A stretch of DNA of 64,000 bases from Phallusia mammillata (taxonomy: Eukaryota): contig OZ281497.1 in NCBI GenBank assembly GCA_965637545.1, positions 19,220,001-19,284,000 on the forward strand, written 5' to 3'. The translations under genes and the position numbers were made by a program. Shown one piece after another: positions 1 to 13,300 of this stretch (position 1 is its first letter; each line of letters starts with the position of its first letter). Below the pieces are notes generated by a model. It saw nothing but the letters and a program-made list of their open reading frames with translations. It searched no databases and had not been told where the DNA came from.

Positions 1-349
1 CTAATGGAATCCAAAACGAAATTACATTTAAGTCAGTTTTGCAACAAACAAAAATGCAGCTACTGCTTCAAGTTAAACGGGTTTCAAGTTTTTGTTAACC
101 CGCTCTTCATCGTAAGAAAGCTTATAATGACAGCGCTTGGAAGTTTGATTGGCACTAGAATTTCAATCGAAAATTTACAAAAAATACATGCCAAAGTCAA
201 CACCTGCAAACTAAATCGGCAGCTATCTAAACAGCAGTGATATTGTTTTAAACAACTTTGACGCATGTAAATCCTAATTTTCAATTTTTGCTCCAAAGAA
301 AATAGATGGTATTTCTGAAGCTTTAATATTGTCTGTTTTGATAACTATG

Positions 350-3300
350 TTTTTATGCACTCCCATAGCATTGCGGCGCTTAGTAAATAAGTTGCATCAG
401 CTTGTTTGGGCAGACGTGTTTATATTTCTTGCGTGGAAAGGCATTTTCACAGACAAAACACATAGCGTTGCCTAAAGAAGCCGCGGGTTAAATATCTTCG
501 TGTTTTCGGTCTTCTCCCGTTGCGAGCAATATTAGTAGAACACTGGAGTCAATCCATACATCATAACTCTTGGCGTGGCCGCAGACTTGTGGAATTCAGG
601 CAATGCGAGCAGACCATCTTTATTCCCATGTTTTCCAAATCTATTTTTGGCTCAGCGAAGACCCGATTTTAACGATCGACTGAAGCAAGTCTCTCCTGGC
701 CTCTGTAATTATGTCGGGGTCGTGTTATTTTGGGTCGAGGGCCTGCCGGCGTGACGTTTCATATGGCACTTTTAGGTATTTGCCTTCGTGACGTAGTTGA
801 CGTAAATGACGATCGGCAGGTGTGCACACTTGCCACGTCACGTCGCCGCAGTTCGCGAGAGAGACTTCGGGTTTGATTTACTTCACAGCGCTACCACATG
901 TTTTGCTTCTACCCACCAACAAACATTTCCAGTGTTTGTCAGTCGCTGGTTTTCGGTCTGCACCTGTTCTTTTGCCAAGCGCACAGGAGATGTGCTTCTC
1001 GCGATCTGCGGGGTTGTTTGTTTGAAAGAGGTCCGCTTTGCAAACAGGCTGCGTCGCCGTAACGCTTTGTTCCAGATGTGAACGACCTTGGAATGCTGGA
1101 GATGCTTCTCGGGTTTACGACGCCCGGAAAAACACGCCTTTGAAGGAGGCACCGACATCCCGTGGCATCGCGTGCGCTCTTGCAAGGGCTGCGAGCCCCA
1201 CCCTTGCGACGCTCACACGGCGAGTGGCTAATGTTGCACCTGTGTTTGCCGAGGTCTCACTCAGTGATAAAACGATGTGACCTGCACCCTGTCGTTGATA
1301 CTCAGTAATTGACCGCGTTTTCAGATGCAATAAATCAAAATCCAAGAGTACTCAACAACGCGGAAACGTCACAATAATGACATTTTTGCATTGCAATGCC
1401 TATAATATTAACTTTGTGGTAACCAATGGAATTCGCAGTCGTGTGCCCAACAACAAACAACCCCTCCCAGAGTTTCCATGAAATCCAGCAATAAACTACA
1501 TCGTGAGCGAGAACATCAAAGTCGTGTTTTGTCTGCTCGTGGAGATGCAGGTGTTTCCCCGTTCGTTACCTTTTCCCGGGGCGTTTTTGTTTTGAATCAC
1601 GACGAAAACAGAACTCTTCCGCTCATGATTTCCCGTCGTGATTTGAGCGAAGTTACATGTCGTGTCTTTTCCGCCACCATTTTGTATCGTTAAAGCTAGT
1701 TCTCAGAAACGTTATTGAAAACGACTTTCAGGACCATCAAAGCATACGCTTTAATTTGCTTTCCGTGGAAATTGTGTTTTGTGGGTAAATTTGGTAGTGA
1801 ACGAAATGTATTATAATCACCGCTCCTCTACATTAAAGACGGCACGAAATCCTCAAGCCCGGTTTCCTAGTCTGGTGAACTCGGCCACTCTAAAAATAAC
1901 CGAATGTTGCCCCCCCAAAAAAAAGATGTGGGTTACGTCAATCAAAAACGCTAGCTATGAGAAACACAGCATCAAAAGCAAAAACAACGAGTTTGCTAAC
2001 GACTTAAAGCCTTGATTAAACATTTTTCAAAGTTTGCTTTTCGATACTTAAACTTTGTCCTGTCGTTACTTTATCTCGATATGTTTTCCGAGATGTGTAC
2101 GTGCCCGAATTAGGGCTGTTTTTTATCACGGTTTATCCCAGTGATCGGGATAGAGCCAAAGGTATGCACGCGATGTTGGCTTACGAAAGGAGGAACTGGG
2201 AAATATTCGGCCGGACTTGAATTTACGACGCTTCTGTTTGCCCAAGCCGTGTGTAATGTGTTCGATAACGTACCTACTATCGGCAGCTAGAGTCTGTATC
2301 TTATCTCCTATGTCAAGTCCCCCGGGTCGTGCAAAGGTGTTCTAGGTGGGGTTCGTTTGACTCATTGACCCGGTTCCGGGCATAACACCCTTCTCCCCCT
2401 ATGCGCTAATGCTGTATCGTGTCACTGGCAGGAACTTTTTAAACTGTATTGAGGTCGACGCCTTGAGGAGCATAAATCTATAAGCCATTTCCATCCGCGT
2501 GTGGTCTTGTAAAGTTCCCCTCTCTCTTCGTTTTTTAAACCGCCGCTTTTCGAACAAGAGTCTATAGGCATGACATCACGCACGCCCTGTCAGCATGAAT
2601 GACATCTTATGTATATTCTGCAGGTGATGACTCTTTGCGGACGTGTGCATAGTTTTTAAAGTGCAAACAAAACAGGAAGCTCTCAATTGCGGTCTGCTTG
2701 GTGCCAGGTGCCGAGGCCGGGCGCTTGTATATCCACGTATTATGCTTTCCGTAGTGCTGTCCTATCTCCCGAGATCTGCATGTGAACTTGTACTAATAGC
2801 ATTCGTACGTCATAGCGATACGGTCGTGGGACCTTGATGGTAAATTTGGTCGGAGCGTGCTTACTTTTCTCTGCCCCACTCCTTTTATGTCGCAGGCTAT
2901 TGTTTTGCCGACCACATTTTACCGTGACACTGGGGGTACAAATGTACACAGGGTCGGCACGCGCGCTCCGAACCGGGCCATGTTTAACGTCATACATGGG
3001 TGCATTGTGCGCGAGGTTTAGACAGAACGTCGGAAAGAGACACAAAGTCTCTTGTTTCATGTGCAGAGTGCCCGGTGATGGGCGTTGGTGGGCAGAAGGT
3101 TCGTTTGTCGAGCAAGGCATGTCGCGCACCTTCAAAAAGGCCATTCTTACAGCATTGACACTACGAGTGGGATGACCTGGCGGTCGGGCGCTTTGACCAC
3201 TTCAACGCGATCCCGACGGCATTCTGCGGCAATTAACAAGCGGCCGACGTTTCAGATGATACAAGCACGAATTTTTACATAGCCGTGTATTGTTCACGTA

Positions 3301-6300
3301 GTTTGTCAACAATTCCTTTAACAAAAGCGCACACAGGTTTTTCGAGCCAGGTGCGTCACTGCGGCGCGAAAAATAGAACACAATAACGTCATCGGTATAT
3401 AAACGATGCGATTCCAACAGTGTTGTCATAACAATTGTTAAATTCGACTCCTTTGAAGGTTACGATGCTCAAATACCAAACAGAGGGTCTGTTTTCCGGA
3501 ATTTACCTTTTTGTGAAGGCTCATATCCGAAAGCGTGTAGCCTAGATATTTGTAAAAAATCGTCTGCAACCAAAGTCAACAAACACGCCTTCAGCACGCA
3601 AGGAATTCGCCTAGCCGGTGCCTTTCTTCGCGGAGATGCAGAAGGTGATGAGTGCTGTCCAACTGACGCCATGCCACCGACGCCCCGCGAAACATTCATC
3701 AGCGGGTTAAGCCGTCGCGTGCATTGAAGTGGGGGAACGTGTCTTCACAGAATGTAATCCAAGCCGGCGGTACGGCCCCGCCTATGCCGGTCAACCTGCA
3801 AATGAACTTATTGGGTAAACGCCACTCCACATAACTGCTGTCCAACTACTGGTTTTCTGTCCATTTTTGGGCGAGTTGTAGGGGCGCGCCGGCAACACGA
3901 TCGGTCGACACTTACTCCTCGCGAAGAACGACCGCCGTGATGAGCTCGATTTCTGTAATAGAGGGCCGGAGTCCATGAACATTCACTGGAATGTTCAAAG
4001 GTTTTCCAAACAAAGTCTGCGGGGACACCCAATCAACTGCGCCGTTATCGCAATGATCAAACACAAGGCGGCCCGCGTCGTGGCACGCGACGGCATTGTA
4101 CGTCACCCAGGCGACGCTGGAAACTAAAAAATGTTTCCGTTCTAGCTGCTACCCCATACAATGCAAGATTAGCTTTAGGTTGCCTTGAAATTAACAATAT
4201 CTTATACTCCAGGCGTAACATCGTGTACAGCTTGAACGACGATCGAATACAAGACCGCAAATTAATTTGTCAGCCCGGCTAATGCAAAGCCCTGCCGACG
4301 GGCGTGACGTAACATCGGGACTGCCTTTTTTTGCGCGGGCCAATTCCCAAGTCCGAACAAGGATTCCTCGGGCGGTTACATATACAACGCCAGTACAGAT
4401 TGGCTGACTTGTCACACAGACGGCGGTAGCGAACGTAGATTTCTCGGACTTATTGAACGTTTCAAATCGCAAAAGGAAATCGCAAAGGCTACAGTGCAGT
4501 GTTTTAAAGTTTTTGAAGAGTCAATTTGCAATAATCAGCAATTCAAGGTATCGCCAAGAAGCAGTTATTATGCAAAGCGCATACCAAAGGCTCGGTGGCG
4601 CCGATCGCAGCAAAATCGTATTTGTTTGTGCGTCTTAGCCTAATCGCACATAAACATATCGTAAATTCTGTTTTGAAAGCGATTGAGGTATTGAAAGTCA
4701 ATAGTTTGACAAGCGTGTTGTAACTCGCTGAATTTATCACAGTGCAGTTAGTGCAGCTACGTTTATGGCATTTGACAGTGCGTGCATACAGTTGCAACCA
4801 AGCGCAACACGCATGGTATGGGTTTAGGAAACTCATGGTTTCAGCAGTAACCTAAAATTGCCTTTTGTTGTTGAAATTCCGACAGCCTGACAAACCGGCT
4901 TGATTTTCACGACAAATGTGCCTCGGCTTATCTGCTTAAGCGCAAATCGAGGCGAGGACAAAGGCGATTTGGGACTGGCACTGACAAGACACCTGTACTC
5001 GGGTCAAAGTTACACACCTTGCTATTGGACTGGGTTTGCCTTGGTGAAGCACTTCCCACGCTTTGAGTAACGATTGCAGGTATTTAGCAATGTTCGATCG
5101 AGTACTAAGGGCGTAAGGTTGCAATAACCCGCTTTCTTTTTGGTTAAGGAGCGTGCATCAACAATTGAAATCGAAACCAACCGCATCGTCAGCTTTCACG
5201 TCTAATCTTCACGCCGCGGTTGTCGCCGCAAGATCGCAAGGTGTAAGTCAATCGTTGAATAACAGCAAAATATTTGGACGACGTTGGTCGCTACAGCGAA
5301 ACGAAGACGATGAGAGCCTTTTCGATCTCCTTAACCCTAACCTGCATGACTTTGTTGGTTATTTGCATGACACTGAACAACAGCTTCTCCGAAGCCGCTG
5401 GAAATAAGATGACAAAGAAACAACTAAGTAAGTTTACTGTCATGATCGATTGACGTGTTTTTGTCAGATTTTGTGGCATTAAGCATAAGTGAAAACACTA
5501 AATCAGTCGCTGTTTTCACTTGGACGTTTCCTGCAGTCATGAATTAATGACCCTGACTCTTCGCAGTCCTTTGTTTTATTTGCAAGAGACTCTATTAAAA
5601 ATAAAAGTTGTTCCATATGATTACGTATACGTTTCTAATCCTTCAGCAAACCCTTCCCCAAATGAATAAAATATTTAAAATCTTAACACGAGATACATCG
5701 GCATTTTGCACACCCTGGTGTCAAAATTACGGAAACGTTGTTGCATTCTGTTTTGCGGCTGCAGACCCGAGGGATGAATGCAACCATGGCGCTTTTCACG
5801 TGAGCCCAATTAATCTGCGAAACCCTTGGCATACCCCTTGTGGTCAATTGTTTTCGCATGTTGCCTATTTGCACGGATCAAGACCATGAGTCATTAAACA
5901 TACGTTTAGACACTGACGCGATACGGTAAAACTCGGTTTCCTATGTGCAAAAATCAAGTGGCTTTCCACACGAACATAAATCAACATCGCTCACTGTCAA
6001 TGCGACTGTAATCCCGGTGGTTATGGCACCGCATTATCTCAGTCAATCCTTAAGCTAAACGCCTGTAAATTGCTGGTTACACTTGAAATCGGGATTGTAA
6101 TAACGGGCCCCAGTTTCCTATTTGTGTGACAAGATACAAGAAATTGGGCGTGTCTCCTTGTTCAGTACAGCCACAGTGTATGTTAAAATCACATGACAGG
6201 CGGACATTTCAAATGTGCCCGGCCGTTCTACGACCGTCTGGTGCTAACATAGCCCATCTAAGGCAATAACAAAGGCGTGGACACAACAAGTAGCAACACC

Positions 6301-8400
6301 CCTTTTGGAGTTGCATTTCTCTTGGGACAGCAAGGCCAAGATGACCCCCTTTGACCCCGTTTGCGATTTCTATAGCGAAGGTTTTAAACAAACTCACGAA
6401 ATCAAAGAGGTTTTGCGATCAATTAGGTGCAATCCGTAATTGTAACCTCTAGCGGCCTTTGATGAGAAGTTGCACTTGTTGTTGGTGTAAATTTTGAAGG
6501 CGGGCAAACGCGCGGAATTCACTTTTGTGCTGGGCTGTTGGCGACACGATCAAGCCGTTAATTCTCCTAAAAAATGAAGATTACAGAGATCGCTTGTTCA
6601 ACATATCCCCGTGGGACTCGTTGTGCCTAGAAGCGGGCGGGCCAGACGCCGCTCAACGCCAGCACACGTCAGCAACTAACCTGGGACTGACATCAACGTA
6701 CAAATTGGTCACAGCCCCGACCCAACAAATCAACGTTGAATGACATGCCGCGGTGGGCACGCGCTGGTTGCAAGTCTCCTGCGAAAATGCGTGGCGCTAT
6801 ACAAACCTACTGCCCGTTGCCACGAACATAACAAGGGTCTTTGTATATATACGCAAGGTTTCTTCACCTGGGTTTATAAACCCTTTTGGTTTCCTTGTTA
6901 TGGAATACACTTTATGGACTGAACGAGTTCTTGACCGAAAACACGCCTCCTTAATTTCGATTATTGCTAATGTTTTCTGCATGGAGTTCGAAACGAAAAC
7001 AAGCGCCGCTTGGATTTACCAGCTGTACATATACATACACTACCTTGGCTATAATTACTATAAATCTTCCACGAGTTGCTAAACTGTTAGAACATCGGTT
7101 TTATTGGGTTTCACTTAAAAACATGTCTATTTGCAGGATCAATAGGTAAATGTTTATCGACAAGCAACCCAGTGGGATGCGACACCTTCAAATGTTTACA
7201 GAAGGCAAAACGGTGCAAGTTCGGCGAGCTAGCCAACCTCTGCTACAAGTTCACCAGCCTCGCCGATTCTTTCACCAAGCACGTAAGTCAGATCTTCGTA
7301 TATGGCATCTCGTTATTTTCAGTAGCGGCGTCTGCACACCGCGTCACGTAGCGTCCGAGATGCTGAGCTGGAATTCTAGGGGGAGCGCCGCGTGTTTGAC
7401 ACACTCAAGGAAGATGTCAAACAGCACCTCCGTTCGCGAAATAAGCCGATGCATCACGTTGGTCTCGCGAATAACCAAGGATATCGCCCTAATTCAAAAG
7501 AGTTTGTACCGTAAGGCCGACTGGAGACCGCACATAGCGTAAGCGCCGGGAGTAGACCTGGTGGAACATAAGACAGACATGGGACGGTAGACAGGCAACA
7601 GACCTGCGCGTTGAAAAAAGACCACACGAAACCGTGACGAGTCAGCCTGTGTCATGTGCTCTCCTGTACCATGGAGAGGTCAATGTTGTGAATACATTAA
7701 GTCACAAAGTAGTGTTTTTCCTGTTCTTTGTCCGCATTTACCACCTGCGGCATTGTTTATCGCGTTGGAATCACTTACAGTGCGAAAAGAACAGGTGATA
7801 CTGTGCCGGATGTTAATAATGGGTACAACTTCGCATTGGACTGCCTTCTGCTTGCAAACTTTGCCTACAGCCTCATAAAATCCCTTTTCAGAGTTTACGA
7901 TTCTTAGAATTCGGTCAAATGCAGTTGTGTACCTAAGTGCGTAAACGGCGACGTTTGCTTTGCAAGGGCGTATACTCTACGCTCGACAAAGGTCAGCGGC
8001 GCGTTCCAATCGTCACCCGCACGCAGTCAGTGGGCTAAGCGCTGTGTGACCGATGCTTGTTAAAACGTGTCGCGTAAACACACCAACTCGGGCGCAGCGT
8101 TTACGCTTCTGGCACAACCTGGGCTTCGGATCTGTGGCACCGAGTTCAACGCGCCGCCACTTTAATCCCGGCCTATCATGATCCGATTGATCTTCTCCAT
8201 TTTGTCGCAAGTATAACTGTTTGACGTTAATCCGATCAGTTCTGAAATCTGAGCGTCAGCCGTCGGCTACTTGGAGCCAAGGTTGCACCTGATCGGCGGC
8301 AAGCGTCATGTATTGTCAATCATCCTGATCTGTAGAAACGTTGTCCAAATTACTGTTGCTGCTCATCAAATTATTCGTTTTTATAAATTTGCAGCTATAC
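350..8400. other. GC/CpG-rich island with fragmented reading frames; possible decayed endogenous viral or large mobile element (family unassigned)
   Basis: About 45-55% GC by eye with abundant CpG, against AT-rich flanks. No spliceable host gene found. One minus-strand frame from ATG 8366 to 7344 has only 7 stops in 341 codons. No decisive family motif was recognised and boundaries are approximate. Confidence 0.3.
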
Positions 8401-10349
8401 TTCAGATTTCTTCTGTAGACGGGCTTGATAACTTTTAAAACAGCGTTGTAGTAAAAATTATGCGTTTGTTGTCCAATTTATGCTGTTCGCTTCGTTGTGA
8501 GAAATCTAATCAACAAAATTGGAATAAAAGTTCAACGCCAAACGACACATTCGTGTATTTTTTACATTACTTTCATTGGATGCTTGAACATGTTTTCGCA
8601 AATTTCTTTTTTCGAAAGACAAAAATCTGAACACCTTTATGAAATTTACAGGGAAAGCGTTTTATCAAGAAATCTCTCCTCTGCAAGGCGAACCAAATCA
8701 AATCAAACTTTGCAAGTTGGGGTCGCGAATGTTCTACGGTTGACAAGAAAATCGCCGAGGTACAAAGCGAGTGTTACCAGAACAGCAGCCTATGTCGGAT
8801 GGCCAGTTTGAACCACAAACCGCTAAAACTGGTTCTTCCCCCGGAGGAGGTGTTACTTAAAAGGTGGGTGTAAAATTGTAACAGGTGCAAAAGGTGCATT
8901 TACGGTGTTGACAGAACACGGTGATGGAAATTAATCCCTAAAATCGAAAGGTAACAACTGGTTATGCTGCTTTGAATCAGAAGTTTAGGAATTAAACGAA
9001 AAATGCTTTTGTTATTTGATACAATATAGATGAAAATATTTGATAAAAGTCCAATTAGATCGCGAAAATATGCCGTAGTTTGAAGTATCAAATCACATAA
9101 CCATGTGCATGAGATGTTTATTAAAGTATTCTGCATTCTTTTACAAAACATATTTAAAGTACACTTATACGGTCATGCGAGTATAGAACGTCTTACTACG
9201 GTTCTTCACGGTTTCTGGTATAGCCTTGCATTTAATTTAGTGTAAGTTATTATTCGCATAAATATTAAGCAATTCCTTCACTTTGAAAAGCTAGCTTTTG
9301 TTTAAACCACAATCCCTAGTCAATAATCTAATATTTCCACTATTGGACACAGAACATCGTTGCAACTCTTTCGTGAGATCATGAACTGCGGTGGTAATGT
9401 TGCTTCCAAATTTCGAGATGCCGTGGCCTCCATTCTCGGTCAGTCTGTTCTGTCCACACTATTCTACCTACAGGACGGATCAGAAGCTCCATATACCGAC
9501 CTAATTGCCAACTTGGTTGAGCGAACTTTGCCCAATCGGCATTCGTTTTTCGACGAGGGTGACTCAACAGTTTTATCCAGACACGTGAGCTGATACTGGT
9601 CTCCTATTGGTCGACGATGCGACTGGAACGTTCGTTGTCAGTTGCAAAGCAAAAACAGCACGCGGGGCTTAATTTCTAGGCCGGTGACTGATACAAAAGG
9701 GAATGAAATCGTGCCAAATTAGAAGAAAATGTCGGCAAATTCGTATTTGCAATTAAACAGTGCGAGCTAAGCATTGATGAAATGAACTCTAGACCTCGGA
9801 TTTATCTTCAGTATATTTTGTGCCTTTTTTTGCGTATGCTTAAACTGTACCCGTTTTATGTTCCTTGTTGTGTGTTGATATATTTATAAAAGCCTTGGTT
9901 TGTTTTATTTGACAGTGCGTCCTTGGCCATACCTCTGTCTGTCGAAACTTCATGGTCTGAAACCAAACAACATGTTCAGTTATTTTTTTAACGGGTTAGG
10001 TTTACTTCAAAACAAGTCAGCTAACCTAATCAAGCCCTAATGCTATTAGAAACTTTATCCCGCAACGTTACGCGGGCTGTACTGGATCCTTAAAACCTAA
10101 ACCTAGGTCACTATTTCCTGCTAAATCTAAAACCCTATAGACATGGATCTTAAGAACTGACGCCCTATCTGTTTTACACTGGCCGGAGCTTGTACACAGC
10201 GCTGCGGTAGGTATAGAAACTTGAGTAACCACCCGTTTGAAATTCTTTAATGACAGTCAAAGTAACACATTGAAAATAGAACTAGACAGTGTATTTGGCA
10301 AGGAAAACTCAATCAGGTAGCTTTCCTAATGACAAGTAAAATATATAAT

Positions 10350-13300
10350 TTAAAAGAAAAAGTAATAGATTAAAACAAGAAAGAGGATCGGAGCAACCGA
10401 CAATATAATCGTTGCTTCAAGTTTTATTCGTTTTACGATCGCGGTATCTTCGATAACTCGCTCAACGATCGACGTCTTCGATCCAGCCTTATTCTCGAAT
10501 GGAAATGGTTCGTCTGGAATGTCTTTGTCCAGATATGCACAAAGTGGATCCCAACCCTAAATAAAAATGATATTATAGCTCCCTCGTGCGGCCCAGTGAA
10601 ATTGTCATCCCAAGTATTTAATTTTCAGCTTTAACCCTTTAACTGCCACGGGCGCATAAATGCGCATGGAGACATGCCTCGTTGTTAACAGCGACAAAAA
10701 TCGTATTAGTGCGAATTTTTTTTCCAACTGGGGTGCGTTGGAAAGCTTGTGCATATTGGCTTCAATTTATTTGAAAAAAATGAAATGTTAGTATTTGAAA
10801 AAAATTAATTACAGTAAGGAGAAAGTGAAAAAACAAGTTTTTTTCAAATTTTTGTTTTTGAGCCGTTTTTTGATATTTTACGCTTGACTGATTCACAGAC
10901 AGCTGCTTGGAGTTGATTTCAGGGCTTTGCGTGCGTGTTGCGGCCATCTTTGTTTACAATTTGATATGTGTGCAGCTGAATTGGGCTTGAAAGTGGGTAG
11001 TTCGGGCCTGTAAATTTGCCTTGATTTGCTTGAATATACAACTGTATGAGTCAGTTTAGCTTTATTATTAGTGGTGACAACAGTTATTTATCAAGAAAAC
11101 AACTGTTGCAGAAGCACTTTGACTTTGGAAGTTGGTGCTTGCTGACCTATATTATGATTGTATCTGGCCCACAAATGCATTTACATTTGTCAAATGATGA
11201 GGAGATGTGGCCTCACGAATGGACAACAAATACAGAAGAATCAATGCAAAGTACCTTGGGAAGGCTTGAAATTGTGTTTTTTCTGCAAACTTATATGCAC
11301 TGTGTTTACAAATTTTACATGTTGTGGTGTAATAATACATAATAAACATTCCATTTAAAAAAACTTGTGAATGCATTATGTGTGTACAGCTGGTTGGTAA
11401 ACATTATAATAAGTCAGTGAAATGTCAAATTAGCCAATAAATATTATTGAAAACAAGTTCCATACCCTCAAAAACATTAATTTTATTATTTAATACTGTA
11501 AAATAACAAACTGAAATTAATGATTATGACGTCATGAGCTAATTAATGACGTAATCAAAATAACACAGATAAAATTTTGTAACGAAGTGTTTGTAAAACA
11601 ACTTGTAACTAATAATTGTAACGAAAAACATCAATAAACTGCAATTTCATGAAAAAATAGAATTAAAATGACGTCATTTCATAGGTGATGACGTCATCGA
11701 AAATTTTGTTATCTTAAAATTGTAGAAAATTATATACCCAACAACTTTCCCAGAGAAAGTTTTTGCCTATCTTCTATCGATTTTGCATAAAACCTAAAAG
11801 AGCAAGAGCATGTCTAAACATCATTTTTTGTCAAAACAAATTCGGCAGTTAAAGGGTTAAACACATACGTCAGTCATTTATTGCACATGCCATTGTCATC
11901 GTTTGCGCTTAGTTACATGCGCCTTACATGCTGCTCTTTATGGTTATCCTTTCTTTAAATGTGTTTACCTCTGAGATGTTAAACACAAGGAGTTGGTTGG
12001 GGGGCACTGTCTCCTTTACGTAACAATTGTGACGTCGATACCACATCTTCCATTTTAGCTCGTTCGGTGCTTCCGAACCCTATGTATGAAAACCCGAAAA
12101 TAATTGTCTGATTTTACAATACCTTCAATTGTGTACAAATATGCTATATTCAATAGTTGTCAGTTGCAGCAATTTTATCGTTGTATACTAATATGCATGG
12201 AAAAAATAGAGTTTATAAATTTCTATACTTACCAACACCGTAGAAAAGAGTTTTTCGTGATAAACTCTGATACGCCGACTGGCAGGGACGAAGTACACCA
12301 ATAAATTCAGCATCCAATGTTGGTTTTTAGCCAAATTAAGCATGTCTGCAAAACTGGTAAACCACGAGGTCTCGTCTCTGGTCATTAAAATCACCTGGAA
12401 ATAAATATGTTGTTGCCTTTTTTTCTTTTGCATGGATTTCGTCACAAATTAAGTAGGTTTTGATGTACACACAGGGTAGTTTCAAGTACTGTTTAAGTGT
12501 TTATAATACCAGCAGGTTTAATCATTTGGTCGAGTATTTAGATTTTTCATTTGTGGCAATTTGGTGTCTTACTAGCGGGCATTTGATTCATCTTTCATCT
12601 ACCATTCGATTCGTTCCCAGTTTTTCATACATTGTATTTGGGTCTGAGAATATGTATGCCATGTATTTTGTACATGTAATAAAGTTCAATTTTTTTTCTT
12701 GTGAAACTACACACTCATGTATTTTCGACCAATCCTATTAAGCAACTTAGATAATGCTCAAAGTTAATCAAATGCAAATACCTTTGCATCTGGCCATCGC
12801 TTGAGGAAAAATTCAAAGAAGTGTGAATGTGGAAGGTCGACCACTGCTTCACAGTCCTTGGAATAAACTTTCTCCAGAACCGCGTTTACATCTGTGCTAC
12901 GATTATGCAATATTTCTTCCCATTCGTCAAATGCGAATTCCAATCCTTCTTCGTAATCGTAAACTACGACAAACAAACACTTATGTTACGTCGTTTTTAC
13001 CAACCAGTGTGAATTTAAACTTTCAGGGAAACGTTACAATTGTCAACCACCGATAGGAAAATTAGTGTTCCTTTGGATAAGTTGATTGCCTTCTGTGTAC
13101 GTTGGATGTCGCAATCTGTTTGTAAATTTACCTCGGGGTACGTGTGTGTTTGCTGTCGAGTCGACAGCCATGGTATGTATCTAAGCGCTCAGGCAGCTAG
13201 TATTTATAAATTGCTGATTTGAGCTGACCATGGTGCTGTGCTGAATTTATTCATTATTTCACGCCCGTTTAACTGCACAAACCCCAAACAGTTGGTATGT

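Noticed and set aside
2740-3144. Gypsy integrase zinc-binding-like LNLAHNAPM
   Set aside because: There is no H-H-C-C spacing, and no RT, RNase H or DDE motifs were found nearby in any frame I read.
2834-3175. BIR-like KVSCFMC in a plus-strand ORF
   Set aside because: It lacks the GFYY, W..DDP and H..C spacing of BIR domains; likely chance.
7344-8366. Alternative genetic code (TGA as Trp) suggested by TGA-dominated stops
   Set aside because: Other frames in the island are broken by TAA and TAG as well; CpG decay explains the bias more simply.
9990-10140. Telomere-like CCCTAA/ACCTAA words next to the island (herpesvirus-style integration)
   Set aside because: The words are scattered and degenerate, not a tandem TTAGGG array.
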